This document shows, piece after piece, positions 27,552-36,611 of a DNA stretch of 64,000 bases. Position numbers and translations under genes: made by a program. Source of the DNA: Myxococcota bacterium (GTDB taxonomy: Bacteria; Myxococcota_A; UBA9160; SMWR01); contig JAYZFQ010000014.1 in NCBI GenBank assembly GCA_036336695.1, positions 3,585-67,584 of the forward strand. Direction: 5' to 3'. Position 1 is the stretch's first letter, and each line of letters opens with the position of its first letter. Below the pieces are notes generated by a model. It was not told the DNA's origin and did no database searches. It worked only from the letters and a program-made list of their open reading frames with translations.

Positions 27552-28789
27552 GCCGGCGCCTCCGCGTCGTAAAGCAGCACCTCTACCTCCGCGCCCTCGG
27601 CCATGCCCTCGAGCCCCCGGGGCACGATCACGCACCCGGCGGCCCGCACGGTCGAAGAGAGGATCGAAGCCCCCGAGGTGGCAATGGGAGTGACGCTTCC
27701 GGCCTCGACAGCCACGCGCACGTAGTCCGTGCGCCCGACTTCGGAGGCAATCTTTCTGGCGAGCGGGAGGCGCACGGTGCGATGCGGCCACGCGCGAGAA
27801 CGCCCGCCGAGCGCGCGAAGCGTCGGACCCGCGAAGAACTCGTAGGCGCACAGACAACTGACCGGGTTTCCGGGCAACAGGAAGACAAACGCGTCGGAAC
27901 GCTGCTCGCCGCGCGGCAGGGTCCCGACCCCCGCCGGGCTCGAGGGCCGCATCGACACGCCGTGGAAGTGCAGTTCGCCCAGTTCGGCAACGAGCCGCGG
28001 CGCGTGGTCCTCGGTCCCGACCGAACTTCCCCCGGAGACCAGCACGACGTCTGCATCTCCCGCAGACAACGCTTCACGGACCCGATCGGGCTCGTCGGGC
28101 AGGATTTCGAAAGGCAACACCTCGGCGCCGTCGCGCTCCAGGAGGCCGCGCAGCACCACCGAATTGCTGTCTACGATCTTGACCCCTTCCGGAAGGCTGC
28201 CCGCCGGCAACAGTTCGTCGCCCGTCACGACGAGGCGAACCCGGGGGCGGCGAACACATTGCGGCTGCGCGACTCCGATCGATGCCAGCAACCCCACGTC
28301 CTGGGGCCGAAGCCGGCGGCCGGCCTCGAGAACGCGATCCCCGCGGCGGATGTCCTCCCCCACGTCCCCCACGTTGCGACCCGGGGCCACCGGCTCCGAG
28401 ATCGCGACACGCGCACCGCTCTCCTCGCATACCTCGGCCTTGACCACGGCATCGGCGCCCGCGGGAAGCGGCGCACCCGTCATCACGCGCACGGCGCGGC
28501 CCTCGGAAACACGCCCTTCGAAAGCGCGGCCCGGAAGCGTTTCCCCGAAGAGTTCGAGTTCGATCGGCTCATAGGCCGAGGCGCCGAAGGTTTCCTCTCC
28601 CCGCACGGCGTAGCCATCCATGGCCACGCGGCGGAACCCCGGCACCGAACAAGCCGCATCGACCGGCTCGGCGAGCACCCGCCCCGCGCTTTCCAGCAGC
28701 GGGACCCGCTCCGGGGCCAAGCGGCGGGCATGCGCGACGAGGAACCCTTCGACCTCTTCCACGTCCGCCCGTCGGGCGAAGCCTTTCAT
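27548..28789 (-). CDS. moeA: MoeA molybdopterin molybdenum/tungsten transferase
   Basis: ATG 28789. MDGYAV, VMTGAPLP, LVSGGSSVGTEDH and LPGNPVS. Confidence 0.85.
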   Translation of the reverse strand: MKGFARRADVEEVEGFLVAHARRLAPERVPLLESAGRVLAEPVDAACSVPGFRRVAMDGYAVRGEETFGASAYEPIELELFGETLPGRAFEGRVSEGRAVRVMTGAPLPAGADAVVKAEVCEESGARVAISEPVAPGRNVGDVGEDIRRGDRVLEAGRRLRPQDVGLLASIGVAQPQCVRRPRVRLVVTGDELLPAGSLPEGVKIVDSNSVVLRGLLERDGAEVLPFEILPDEPDRVREALSAGDADVVLVSGGSSVGTEDHAPRLVAELGELHFHGVSMRPSSPAGVGTLPRGEQRSDAFVFLLPGNPVSCLCAYEFFAGPTLRALGGRSRAWPHRTVRLPLARKIASEVGRTDYVRVAVEAGSVTPIATSGASILSSTVRAAGCVIVPRGLEGMAEGAEVEVLLYDAEAPA

Positions 28790-28853
28790 TCGGACATCGC
28801 GCAAACGGCTTTCTCCAGAACGCGAAGACCGGCGGCGCGATGGCGTCAGAAAC

Positions 28854-30560
28854 TCAGCCGGCCGCCTTGGTCGTGAAGAGTTCCTCCCGCGCTTCGAAGC
28901 GCTGGTAGGCGGAACGAGCCACGTCGTCCGGAACGTCCCAGACGAGTTTCGCCGGCCCGATTGCATCCTCTTTCATGCAGTCGGGCATCACGTCGTCCTT
29001 GGCTTCGAAACCGGCGCGGCGATTGAATTCCCACTCGTCCTGCATGCACTGCCAGCCCAGATCGGCGATCTGCTCCCGGCTCACCTCTTCCCCGTAGAGC
29101 AGGCCGTAGAACTTGCGGATGTCGTCCAGCGTCGGCTGCAAGAATTGGCAGAAGCCGGAAGAATCGGTCACCGCGTTCACCAGCTGGACTTCCTGGGAGG
29201 CCTGCGCCCACTCTTCGGGCGGCAACCCGGGGTTTACGATCAGTCCGGCCGTGTGGTCGGCTCCCATCGCACTCGTGAGGTACGTAATGCCGGTCGCCTT
29301 CAGCGGCCGGGGATCCCAGGCCGGGAGCGCCTGCCCCTTCACCGCCGGCACGCGGTGGTGTTTCTGTCGCTTTCCGATCGCCACGGCGCCTTCGCCGATC
29401 GCCTTGCCCAGGTCGGTCCCCTCGGCGATCTCCCGGAGGATCCGTTTGGCGCCCTCGGCGTCGCCCCACTCGAGCCCTCCAGAATCCATGTAGACGGCAA
29501 GGGCCGCACCGGCCTCGATGGTGTCGACCCCCACTTCGTCACAGAGCCGGTCGAGATCGGCAACGTCGTCCCAGCTCGCAATTGCACAGTTCGAACCCAA
29601 CAGGGTCAACGTCTCGAACTCCAGGGCGGACGTCTTGTAGTTCCCGTCGGTATCGTGCACGACGTTGCTGCACTGAACGATGCAGCCCGTCATGCAATTG
29701 TGCATACCGCCGCCGCGCTCCTCGAAGCTCTCGACGATCCGCGCCCCGTCGAGGGTCTCGGCATCGGGCGACTGCCCCTCCACGCGGTTCTTGTGCGGAA
29801 AGGTATTCAGCATGTTCGCCACGGGAACGACCGAACTGGTCCCCGTCGCGAACATTTGCGGGCCTTCGCGGTACTCCTTCGTCCACTGCTTGCAGGCCGC
29901 CATGAATTCCTTGCGCTCTGCAGGCTGTCGCGTGGGTGTCTTGCCCGCATCGACGGAGACGTACTTGAGGCCCTTGCTGCCCATGACCGCACCCAGGCCA
30001 CCGCGCGCCGCGTGCCGTGCCGGGTGACGGTCCTTCTCCTGGTCGGTGCAGGCGATCGAGGCCCCGGCAAGGCGCAGTTCTCCGGCGGGACCGATGGAGA
30101 TGAAAGAGGCTGTAGCCGAGTAGACCTTCGCCAGCTCCTCGATCAACGCGTAGTTCCACATTCCCTTGTACGCGTCGGCCTCGACCACTTCGGCGCCGTC
30201 GGCAGTGACGTTCACCGCGTAGCGCTTTTCGGGGTCGGACGGCTGGCCGGTGACGATCACGCAGCGATACCCCAGCTTCATCAGGTCCTGGCCGGGATTC
30301 CCGCCGGCATTCGCCTCCTTGATTCCATTCGTCAGCGGGCTCTTGCCACCCATCGAGATGCGACCCGACGTCGGCGCCGCCGTACCGGAAACCACGCCCG
30401 GCGCCATCACGAGTACGTTGTCGGGACCGAGCGGGTCGCAGGTCGGATCGCACTCGTCGAGCAGGATCTTCGCCGACAGCGCGCGCCCGCCGAGGAGCTT
30501 CCAATCTTCGGGAAACGGGACGATCTCCGTGGTCTGTTGGGTCATGTCCACCCGGATCAT
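28854..30560 (-). CDS. Aldehyde:ferredoxin oxidoreductase family (tungsto-/molybdopterin) enzyme
   Basis: AFOR N-domain (GGRALSAKIL, GKSPLTNG), ARGGLGAVMGSKGLK, Cys cluster NCMTGCIVQC and MGADHTAG. Start set at ATG 30560 (MIRVDM); ATG 30584 is also possible. Confidence 0.85.
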   Translation of the reverse strand: MIRVDMTQQTTEIVPFPEDWKLLGGRALSAKILLDECDPTCDPLGPDNVLVMAPGVVSGTAAPTSGRISMGGKSPLTNGIKEANAGGNPGQDLMKLGYRCVIVTGQPSDPEKRYAVNVTADGAEVVEADAYKGMWNYALIEELAKVYSATASFISIGPAGELRLAGASIACTDQEKDRHPARHAARGGLGAVMGSKGLKYVSVDAGKTPTRQPAERKEFMAACKQWTKEYREGPQMFATGTSSVVPVANMLNTFPHKNRVEGQSPDAETLDGARIVESFEERGGGMHNCMTGCIVQCSNVVHDTDGNYKTSALEFETLTLLGSNCAIASWDDVADLDRLCDEVGVDTIEAGAALAVYMDSGGLEWGDAEGAKRILREIAEGTDLGKAIGEGAVAIGKRQKHHRVPAVKGQALPAWDPRPLKATGITYLTSAMGADHTAGLIVNPGLPPEEWAQASQEVQLVNAVTDSSGFCQFLQPTLDDIRKFYGLLYGEEVSREQIADLGWQCMQDEWEFNRRAGFEAKDDVMPDCMKEDAIGPAKLVWDVPDDVARSAYQRFEAREELFTTKAAG

Positions 30561-30614
30561 TCGGTCACCAGTCGGTCCGCTCACAGGAATCTCCTTCTCG
30601 AATTTCTCGGGCGT

Positions 30615-30884
30615 TCAGCCGCCTGCCACGGCAGCCAGGATTTCGATGCGATCTTCATTGCCGACGACGCTGTCGACTTCCTCGCGGTCGAGTTCATCTC
30701 CATTGACAAAGACGTCGACGAACTTGTGGACCTTGCCACCCCCGTCGAAGATCTGCTCGATGAACCCGGGGTACCGGCGGCCCACGTCCTCGAGGCACTC
30801 ACGCACCGTCGATCCCGCTGCAGAAATCTCCGCTTCACCCAGGGTCGGTCCCCGGTAGGGCGGCGGAACCACGACTTGCGGCAT
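30615..30884 (-). CDS. MoaD/ThiS-family ubiquitin-like sulfur-carrier protein
   Basis: 89 aa ending ILAAVAGG (C-terminal Gly-Gly). This is only the terminal 270 nt of a 625-aa shadow ORF. Confidence 0.75.
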   Translation of the reverse strand: MPQVVVPPPYRGPTLGEAEISAAGSTVRECLEDVGRRYPGFIEQIFDGGGKVHKFVDVFVNGDELDREEVDSVVGNEDRIEILAAVAGG

Positions 30885-30925
30885 CTGGACTCCCGGCTCC
30901 CATGCTTCGGGACCCCGCATTGTAG

Positions 30926-32443
30926 CTACTGAACGCCCGGACGGTACGGCTGCGAAATCGCGACCTTGAGCAGCTCTCCCTCGCGGAGGACGGCATCCTC
31001 GGGGAGCCCGTTGGCCGCAGCGAGTTCCCGCGGCGCCCAGGCGCTGGCGGTGCGGCGGCCAAACGCCGCGAGGCTCTCCCCGGCGTGCGCGGTACGGAGG
31101 CGGAGGCGGGTCTCCCGGATCCCTGCCCGCTGGTTCGCATCCAGCGACGCAAAACTTTCCGCGACCGCGGCGAACAAAGCGCGGTGGGAATCGGTGTAGC
31201 GTTTCTCGACGGCGCCCGTCAGCAGATAGACCGCACCCCCGTGAACGATCCAGGTCAGGTCCAGGGTGGCAACCCCCGTCGGCGCGCGGAGGACGACGAT
31301 CGCGTGCACTGCGGCCCGCCCGTTCAGATCGATGGCATCGAGCCGCGCCACCTCCAGACGGGCATGCTTCGCCGTCTCCGCGAGGAAGCCATTGGCTGCT
31401 TCCCGCGCGTCGGTTCCCTGCCCCTGGTACCGCAACACCACTTCGGCCTTTCCGTCCGGCGCAGCAGCGCCGACCGCGAGGCGCGTGTTGGAGGTTTCCC
31501 AGCCTTCGGGAAACACGAGCGTGAAGTCCAGGTCGGGATGAAGAAAGCTCGGCCCTTCGAACAAGCCCGCGGCCGGATCCTCCCCGACCACGAGCCCGTC
31601 GAGTCGCCGCAGGAACACAGCTCGGTCCCGAGGAGCCAACGGCGCGTCGGGAGTCAACGATCCGGCCCGCTTCTCGGCCGCAGCGACCCGTCGCGGGATC
31701 GAGGGATGCGTATCGAGCCAACCGGGTTCGTCTGCCGCGTCGGCCGCGAGTTGCTCTTCTCGCTCGAGCGTCCGCAGGAAGGTCGCGAGCGCCCCGGGAT
31801 CGTAGCCGGCATCTGCCGCGAGTCGCTGCCCGTAGTCGTCTGCCTCGAGTTCCTGGCCGCGGCTGTAGGACGCCAGCGCACCTACGCCTACCGCGGTGAA
31901 GGGCGCGCTCACCAGGCGGCCCACGGGTCCGCCGATGAGGCCCCCCACGAGGCGCCCCGGCAGAATCAGGAGCCCGACACCCGCGGCACGGGTGTGGCGC
32001 TGGGCATGGTGCCGGCCCGCGACGTGGACCACTTCGTGGGAGAGCACGTTCGCGAGTTCGTCCTCGCTGTTGACGAGGACCAGGAGTCCCCGGGAAACGT
32101 AGATGTGCCCCCCCGGCAAGGCGAAGGCGTTGGGCTCGGGGAGATCCACGACTTCGAACGCGTAGCCGTGGGCCCGCTCGGGGGCCTTCGACACCACACG
32201 ACGACCCACTTCCGTCGCCAGGGCGGAGAACCGCGGGTCGGAGACGAGTCCCATCTCCTCGGCAACCACCACCGCCCCGTCGTCCCCGCGACGGATCTCC
32301 TCGGCTTCGCTGACCAGGACGACATCGGGCCTGCGCGTGACGGGATTCGAAGCACAGGCGAGCACCGCGCCGGCGACCAGCAAAGCGAGGCCGGAAAAGT
32401 GGACTCCCCGGAACGCCGTGCGCCGGATCACTCCGGGAATCAA
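30926..32443 (-). CDS. M48-family zinc metalloprotease lipoprotein with a LysM-like C-terminus
   Basis: Signal/lipobox LLVAGAVLAC, then SHEVVH (HExxH) and ELEADDYG. TTG 32443 gives a TTGA overlap with the apaH stop. GTG 32431 is an alternative start. Confidence 0.8.
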   Translation of the reverse strand: MIPGVIRRTAFRGVHFSGLALLVAGAVLACASNPVTRRPDVVLVSEAEEIRRGDDGAVVVAEEMGLVSDPRFSALATEVGRRVVSKAPERAHGYAFEVVDLPEPNAFALPGGHIYVSRGLLVLVNSEDELANVLSHEVVHVAGRHHAQRHTRAAGVGLLILPGRLVGGLIGGPVGRLVSAPFTAVGVGALASYSRGQELEADDYGQRLAADAGYDPGALATFLRTLEREEQLAADAADEPGWLDTHPSIPRRVAAAEKRAGSLTPDAPLAPRDRAVFLRRLDGLVVGEDPAAGLFEGPSFLHPDLDFTLVFPEGWETSNTRLAVGAAAPDGKAEVVLRYQGQGTDAREAANGFLAETAKHARLEVARLDAIDLNGRAAVHAIVVLRAPTGVATLDLTWIVHGGAVYLLTGAVEKRYTDSHRALFAAVAESFASLDANQRAGIRETRLRLRTAHAGESLAAFGRRTASAWAPRELAAANGLPEDAVLREGELLKVAISQPYRPGVQ

Positions 32444-33324
32444 CCGGGTTCCTCGGTCGGGTCCGGCGAGTCGCGGTGGACGTAGTAGGCACGCCGCGCG
32501 GGAACGCGCCAGAAGGCTGCGTCCCGCTCCGCGAAGGACACCGCTTCCGACGGATCGGGCACCCAAGCCGTCAAGAAGCCGTCTCGGCCCCGGCCATGGT
32601 GTACGCAGCCGGTATCGAGGCCGCGCAGGCCCCGGGCCACGTGCAGTCCCTGGAGCGCCCAGTGCCCGTAGACGACGCCGTAGTCGTGCCGACGTTCAGA
32701 CCAGAGTTCGTGCCACGGGCGGTAACCGGGGGGCGCCGCCTCGGGAACCTGCGAAGTCCACGCACCACCGGCCGCCGCGCTCCGGCAGCACGTGAAGCGA
32801 AGCAGGGCGTCGAGCGACGCGTCCTCGGCAGGATTCCCCGACAGGAACGCCTGGGCATCGCGCCACGAGCCTCCCCCCAGCCGCCGTCCGGCCCGGGCGG
32901 CATGGTCCAGGATCTCGTCGATCCCCCACTCGGGGTGCACGCTCGCATGGACGAGCACGAAAGAACGGGAACCGAGTTCGCCGACGATCGCGAGGGGCCG
33001 CCGGCGCAGCCACTCGATCCATTCGTCGGCGTCGGGCGCCTCCAGGACGTCGGAGATCGTGTCCAGGGGTCCGAGTTCCGCGGCGCCGGCGGCGACGCGG
33101 AGCAGGTTCAACTCGTGGTTCCCGAGCACGTAGTGGCCCCGCCCGGCCGCGACGAGCTCGCGGACCCGCTGCAGGGCACGCAAGTTGGCCGGACCCCGGT
33201 TGACCACGTCGCCCACCACCCAGAGTTCGAAGGCGTCCCCGAACGTCGCTTCAGCTCGGCCGACGAGCGTTTCCAGTTCGTCGGCACAACCCTGGACGTC
33301 TCCAACGAAAATCGGCTGGGACAC
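32440..33324 (-). CDS. apaH: Symmetrical bis(5'-nucleosyl)-tetraphosphatase (Ap4A hydrolase)
   Basis: FVGDVQGC, GDVVNRGP, LGNHELNLL, LEAPDADEWIEWLRRRPL and GHWA. GTG 33324 was chosen as the start. Confidence 0.9.
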   Translation of the reverse strand: MSQPIFVGDVQGCADELETLVGRAEATFGDAFELWVVGDVVNRGPANLRALQRVRELVAAGRGHYVLGNHELNLLRVAAGAAELGPLDTISDVLEAPDADEWIEWLRRRPLAIVGELGSRSFVLVHASVHPEWGIDEILDHAARAGRRLGGGSWRDAQAFLSGNPAEDASLDALLRFTCCRSAAAGGAWTSQVPEAAPPGYRPWHELWSERRHDYGVVYGHWALQGLHVARGLRGLDTGCVHHGRGRDGFLTAWVPDPSEAVSFAERDAAFWRVPARRAYYVHRDSPDPTEEPG

Positions 33325-33457
33325 GCCTCGTGGATAGCACCGGAGGCCATGCCCCCCGGGGAATTCCCGGCCGTTGGCCGGGAAACGCAGGCGGCTCCAC
33401 TGCCGCCGTCGCACTGGGGCCTCTGCTCGACTGGGCCCAGCCACCACCGGGGGGCGC

Positions 33458-34852
33458 TTGGCACGCCGCATCATCCTCTGCGACGGCGCGGATGCTGCCC
33501 GTATGTGGGCCCGCATCGGCGCCGGTGACGACGAGGAACTCACCTGGGTTCCGCGCGAGAAGGACGGGCGCGCCCGGCCGCCGGGCTTCCACTCGCTCCC
33601 GGGCGGCCTGAGTGCCGAGGGAATCGGCAAACTCGGCGCCGGGCCCCTGGACGAGTTCGCAGTGGTGAGCGAGGACGGACCGTTCATTCGCAGCGCCGTG
33701 AGCCTCATCGAGGCCGAGGCCACCGAAGTCCCCATCCTCGTGCTGTCGGATCGGGTGGATGCCGAAGAGCTGCCCGACCATCCGTGCCTGCTCCGCGCCG
33801 GCCTGCGGACCCTGATCCGGGACGACGTGGACGAGGAATTCTCCCACCTCGCGAACCTGCGCCGCGTGGTGGAGTTGCGCGAACTGATCGCCCCGCGAGA
33901 GAAGCTCGGCATCCTGCTCCAGCCGGACCCGGATCCGGACGGCATCGCCTGCGGCTACGCCCTCCGCGCGCTCCTCGGGCGCAAGAGCCCGACCGCGCCG
34001 CTGATCTCCTTCGGCGAGGTCAAGCGCCCGGAAAACCTGGCGATGATGGAAGTCCTGGGCCTCGAGGTCCGCACCGTGTCTCCCGAAACACTCGACGAGT
34101 TCGACGGTCTCGCGCTCGTCGACGTGCAACCGTCGGTGTTTGGCGACCCGCCCCCGGAACGGGTGCAGAGCGTGGATGTGGTGATCGATCACCATCCGGA
34201 GCGCGGGGGCTACGACGCGGTCATTCGAGATATCCGGCCCAGCTACGGCGCAACCGCAACGATCCTGACGGAGTACATCCGCGCCTGCGACCTCGAGCTC
34301 CGTCCCAAGCTCGCGACGGCGCTCGTGTACGGAATCAAGAGCGACACCCAGTTGCTCGGGCGCGAGACGAGTCCCGGCGACATGGCCGCCTTCGCCCATC
34401 TGCACGCCCTCCACAGCCCCGCGCTGCTGCGCCGCATCGAGCGGCCCGCGCTTCCCGCGGACGGGTTGAAGGCCCTCGGCCGGGCCCTCGCCAGCGGGAG
34501 CGTCGTGGACGGCATCCACCTGCTGGTACTCGGGCGCGTGCGCGAAGACGTGATCCCGCAAGTGGCCGACATGGGCCTCCAGGCCGAGGGCGCGGAGTGG
34601 GCCATCGCCGCCGGGCTCGTCGGACCCAACCTGGTGTTCTCCGTGCGCAATGTCGGCTATGTGCGGGCCGCGGGCGAAGTCGTGCGCGCGGTCGTCGAAG
34701 GCCTGGGCGTCGGAGGCGGCCACCGGTCCATGGCCAAGGGCATCATTCCCGTCAAGGCGTTCCGAGAAGTCTACGGGAGTGCAACGCGCGACACGATTCG
34801 CGAAGCCCTGCACAGCGCGTTCGTGCAGGCGATTCGCGGCGACGAAGAATAA
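33458..34852 (+). CDS. DHH/DHHA1-family phosphoesterase with an N-terminal Rossmann-like domain
   Basis: DPDPDGIA, VIDHHPE (DHH) and GVGGGHRSMAKG (GGGH). The start is uncertain: TTG 33458 was chosen and TTG 33374 is possible. Confidence 0.75.
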   Translation: MARRIILCDGADAARMWARIGAGDDEELTWVPREKDGRARPPGFHSLPGGLSAEGIGKLGAGPLDEFAVVSEDGPFIRSAVSLIEAEATEVPILVLSDRVDAEELPDHPCLLRAGLRTLIRDDVDEEFSHLANLRRVVELRELIAPREKLGILLQPDPDPDGIACGYALRALLGRKSPTAPLISFGEVKRPENLAMMEVLGLEVRTVSPETLDEFDGLALVDVQPSVFGDPPPERVQSVDVVIDHHPERGGYDAVIRDIRPSYGATATILTEYIRACDLELRPKLATALVYGIKSDTQLLGRETSPGDMAAFAHLHALHSPALLRRIERPALPADGLKALGRALASGSVVDGIHLLVLGRVREDVIPQVADMGLQAEGAEWAIAAGLVGPNLVFSVRNVGYVRAAGEVVRAVVEGLGVGGGHRSMAKGIIPVKAFREVYGSATRDTIREALHSAFVQAIRGDEE

Positions 34853-34859
34853 GCGGAGC

Positions 34860-36611
34860 TTGGGCCGCAACCTTCTCCTCTGCTCTCTGCTCGCCGTGGG
34901 CGTCTGGGCCGTGTACGGCCAGACGACGGGCTTCGACTACATCGGTTACGACGACCGGCTCTACGTCGTAGAGAACTCCCAGGTCCGCAAAGGACTGAGC
35001 CGCGAGAGCATCGCCTGGGCATGGACCAGCCGGCAGGAGTCGAACTGGTTCCCCCTCACCCGCCTCTCGCACTTGCTCGACGTCGAGATGTTCGGCCTTC
35101 ATCCCGGTGGGCATCATGCGACCAACGCGCTGCTGCACGTCTTCAATGTGCTCCTCCTGTTTGCGGTGCTCCAGTCGATGACCGGTGCGACCGCACGCAG
35201 CGCGTTCGTCGCCGCTCTATTCGCCATCCACCCGTTGCAGGTCGAATCCGTTGCGTGGATTTCGGAACGCAAGACGCTCTTGTGCACGGCGTTCGGGCTC
35301 CTGGCCTTCGGGGCCTATGCCGCCTGGACCCGCAACGGAGGTATCACACGCTACCTGTCCAGTCTCGCATTGTTCGCGTTCTCGCTGATGTCGAAGCCGA
35401 TGTTCGTCACGCTCCCGTTCGTCCTGTTGCTGCTCGACTACTGGCCCCTCGACAGGCGCGGCCGATCGCGTACCCGGCTCGTGCTGGAAAAACTCCCGTT
35501 CTTTGCCCTGACCGCCGTCTCGAGCACCTTTACCTGGGCGATCCAGGGCGCCGGCGGCGCGACGCTCCCCGACACAGTACTGCCGTTCCCGCTTCGCCTG
35601 GCCAACGCCGTCTACGCCTACGCAAGCTACTTGCGCAAAACGTTCTGGCCCGAAGACCTCGGACTCTTCTACCCCCACCCATTCCTTGCCGAACTCGGCG
35701 GGGCGCCCCTCACCCCCCTGCAAGTCGCCGCCGCAGCGGCGCTGCTCCTCGCGATCTCCGCCGTCGCCTTGGCCTCGCGGCGACGCTACGCCGTGGTGGG
35801 CTGGTTCTGGTTCGTCGGGATGCTCGTCCCGGTGATCGGGATCGTCCAGGTCGGGGGCCAGGGCATGGCGGACCGCTACGCCTACCAGCCGCTGATCGGA
35901 ATCTTCCTTGCCGTGACCTGGGGGGGCGCCGAAGCGTACGCGGCCCTTCGCGTTCGGGCGCCGCGCGTTGCGGCCCTCAGCCTCTTCCTGCCCGTGCTGG
36001 TGGTGGCCACGTGGCTCGGGGCGGCGCGTGTCCAGACGGCACACTGGCGCGACTCCGTTGCGCTCTTCGAACACGGGCTTTCCTTTCAACAGCGAAACCC
36101 GACGATCCGCTACAACCTTGCCAATGAATTACGCAAGCGTGGCGAACACGCCGCGGCAAGCGCGCATTACCGAATCGTGCTCGAAACCACACCCACCGAC
36201 GCGCGGGTGCTCAACAATCTCGGCAACGCGTTGCGAGACATGGGCCGGAACGGAGAGGCGGTCGAGCAGTACCGGTCCGCACTCACGCATCGACCCACCT
36301 ACGCCCGGGCGCACAACAACCTGGGCGCCGCCCTGCGCGCAATGGAGCGGGACGAAGAGGCACTCGTGCACTACCGCGAAGCGGTTCGCCTTGCGCCGGG
36401 TTACGGGCTTGCCCACGCCAACATCGCAAACACGCTGCGCGATCGGGGAGACCTAGACGGTGCGATTGCGCACTACCGCCGCGCGCTCGCGGCGCAACCG
36501 GAGAACGAGTCGATCCGGAGTCGACTGGCGGAAACCCTCGCCGAACAGGCGAGGAATACTTCGAGCGAACAACGCGAAGAATCGCCTAGCGCCGCTTCGT
36601 CAGGTTCGTAA
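34860..36611 (+). CDS. GT-C-fold (PMT/ArnT-like) membrane glycosyltransferase fused to TPR repeats
   Basis: More than 10 TM helices with YIGYDDRLY in the first loop, followed by 5-6 TPR units (NLANELRKRGEH, NNLGNALRDMGR, NNLGAALRAMER, ANIANTLRDRGD). TTG 34860 is the only nearby in-frame start. Confidence 0.7.
   Translation: MGRNLLLCSLLAVGVWAVYGQTTGFDYIGYDDRLYVVENSQVRKGLSRESIAWAWTSRQESNWFPLTRLSHLLDVEMFGLHPGGHHATNALLHVFNVLLLFAVLQSMTGATARSAFVAALFAIHPLQVESVAWISERKTLLCTAFGLLAFGAYAAWTRNGGITRYLSSLALFAFSLMSKPMFVTLPFVLLLLDYWPLDRRGRSRTRLVLEKLPFFALTAVSSTFTWAIQGAGGATLPDTVLPFPLRLANAVYAYASYLRKTFWPEDLGLFYPHPFLAELGGAPLTPLQVAAAAALLLAISAVALASRRRYAVVGWFWFVGMLVPVIGIVQVGGQGMADRYAYQPLIGIFLAVTWGGAEAYAALRVRAPRVAALSLFLPVLVVATWLGAARVQTAHWRDSVALFEHGLSFQQRNPTIRYNLANELRKRGEHAAASAHYRIVLETTPTDARVLNNLGNALRDMGRNGEAVEQYRSALTHRPTYARAHNNLGAALRAMERDEEALVHYREAVRLAPGYGLAHANIANTLRDRGDLDGAIAHYRRALAAQPENESIRSRLAETLAEQARNTSSEQREESPSAASSGS

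Noticed and set aside
25614-30932. 652-aa and 770-aa plus-strand ORFs (25614-27572 and 28620-30932)
   Set aside because: They are antisense to the moeA and AOR genes, which carry clear family motifs. The shadow translations have none.
30885-32492. Upstream 536 codons of the 625-aa minus-strand ORF ending in MoaD
   Set aside because: This stretch overlaps, in another frame, the M48 protease, which has HExxH and a lipobox. Only the final 89 codons form a MoaD-like protein with its own ATG.
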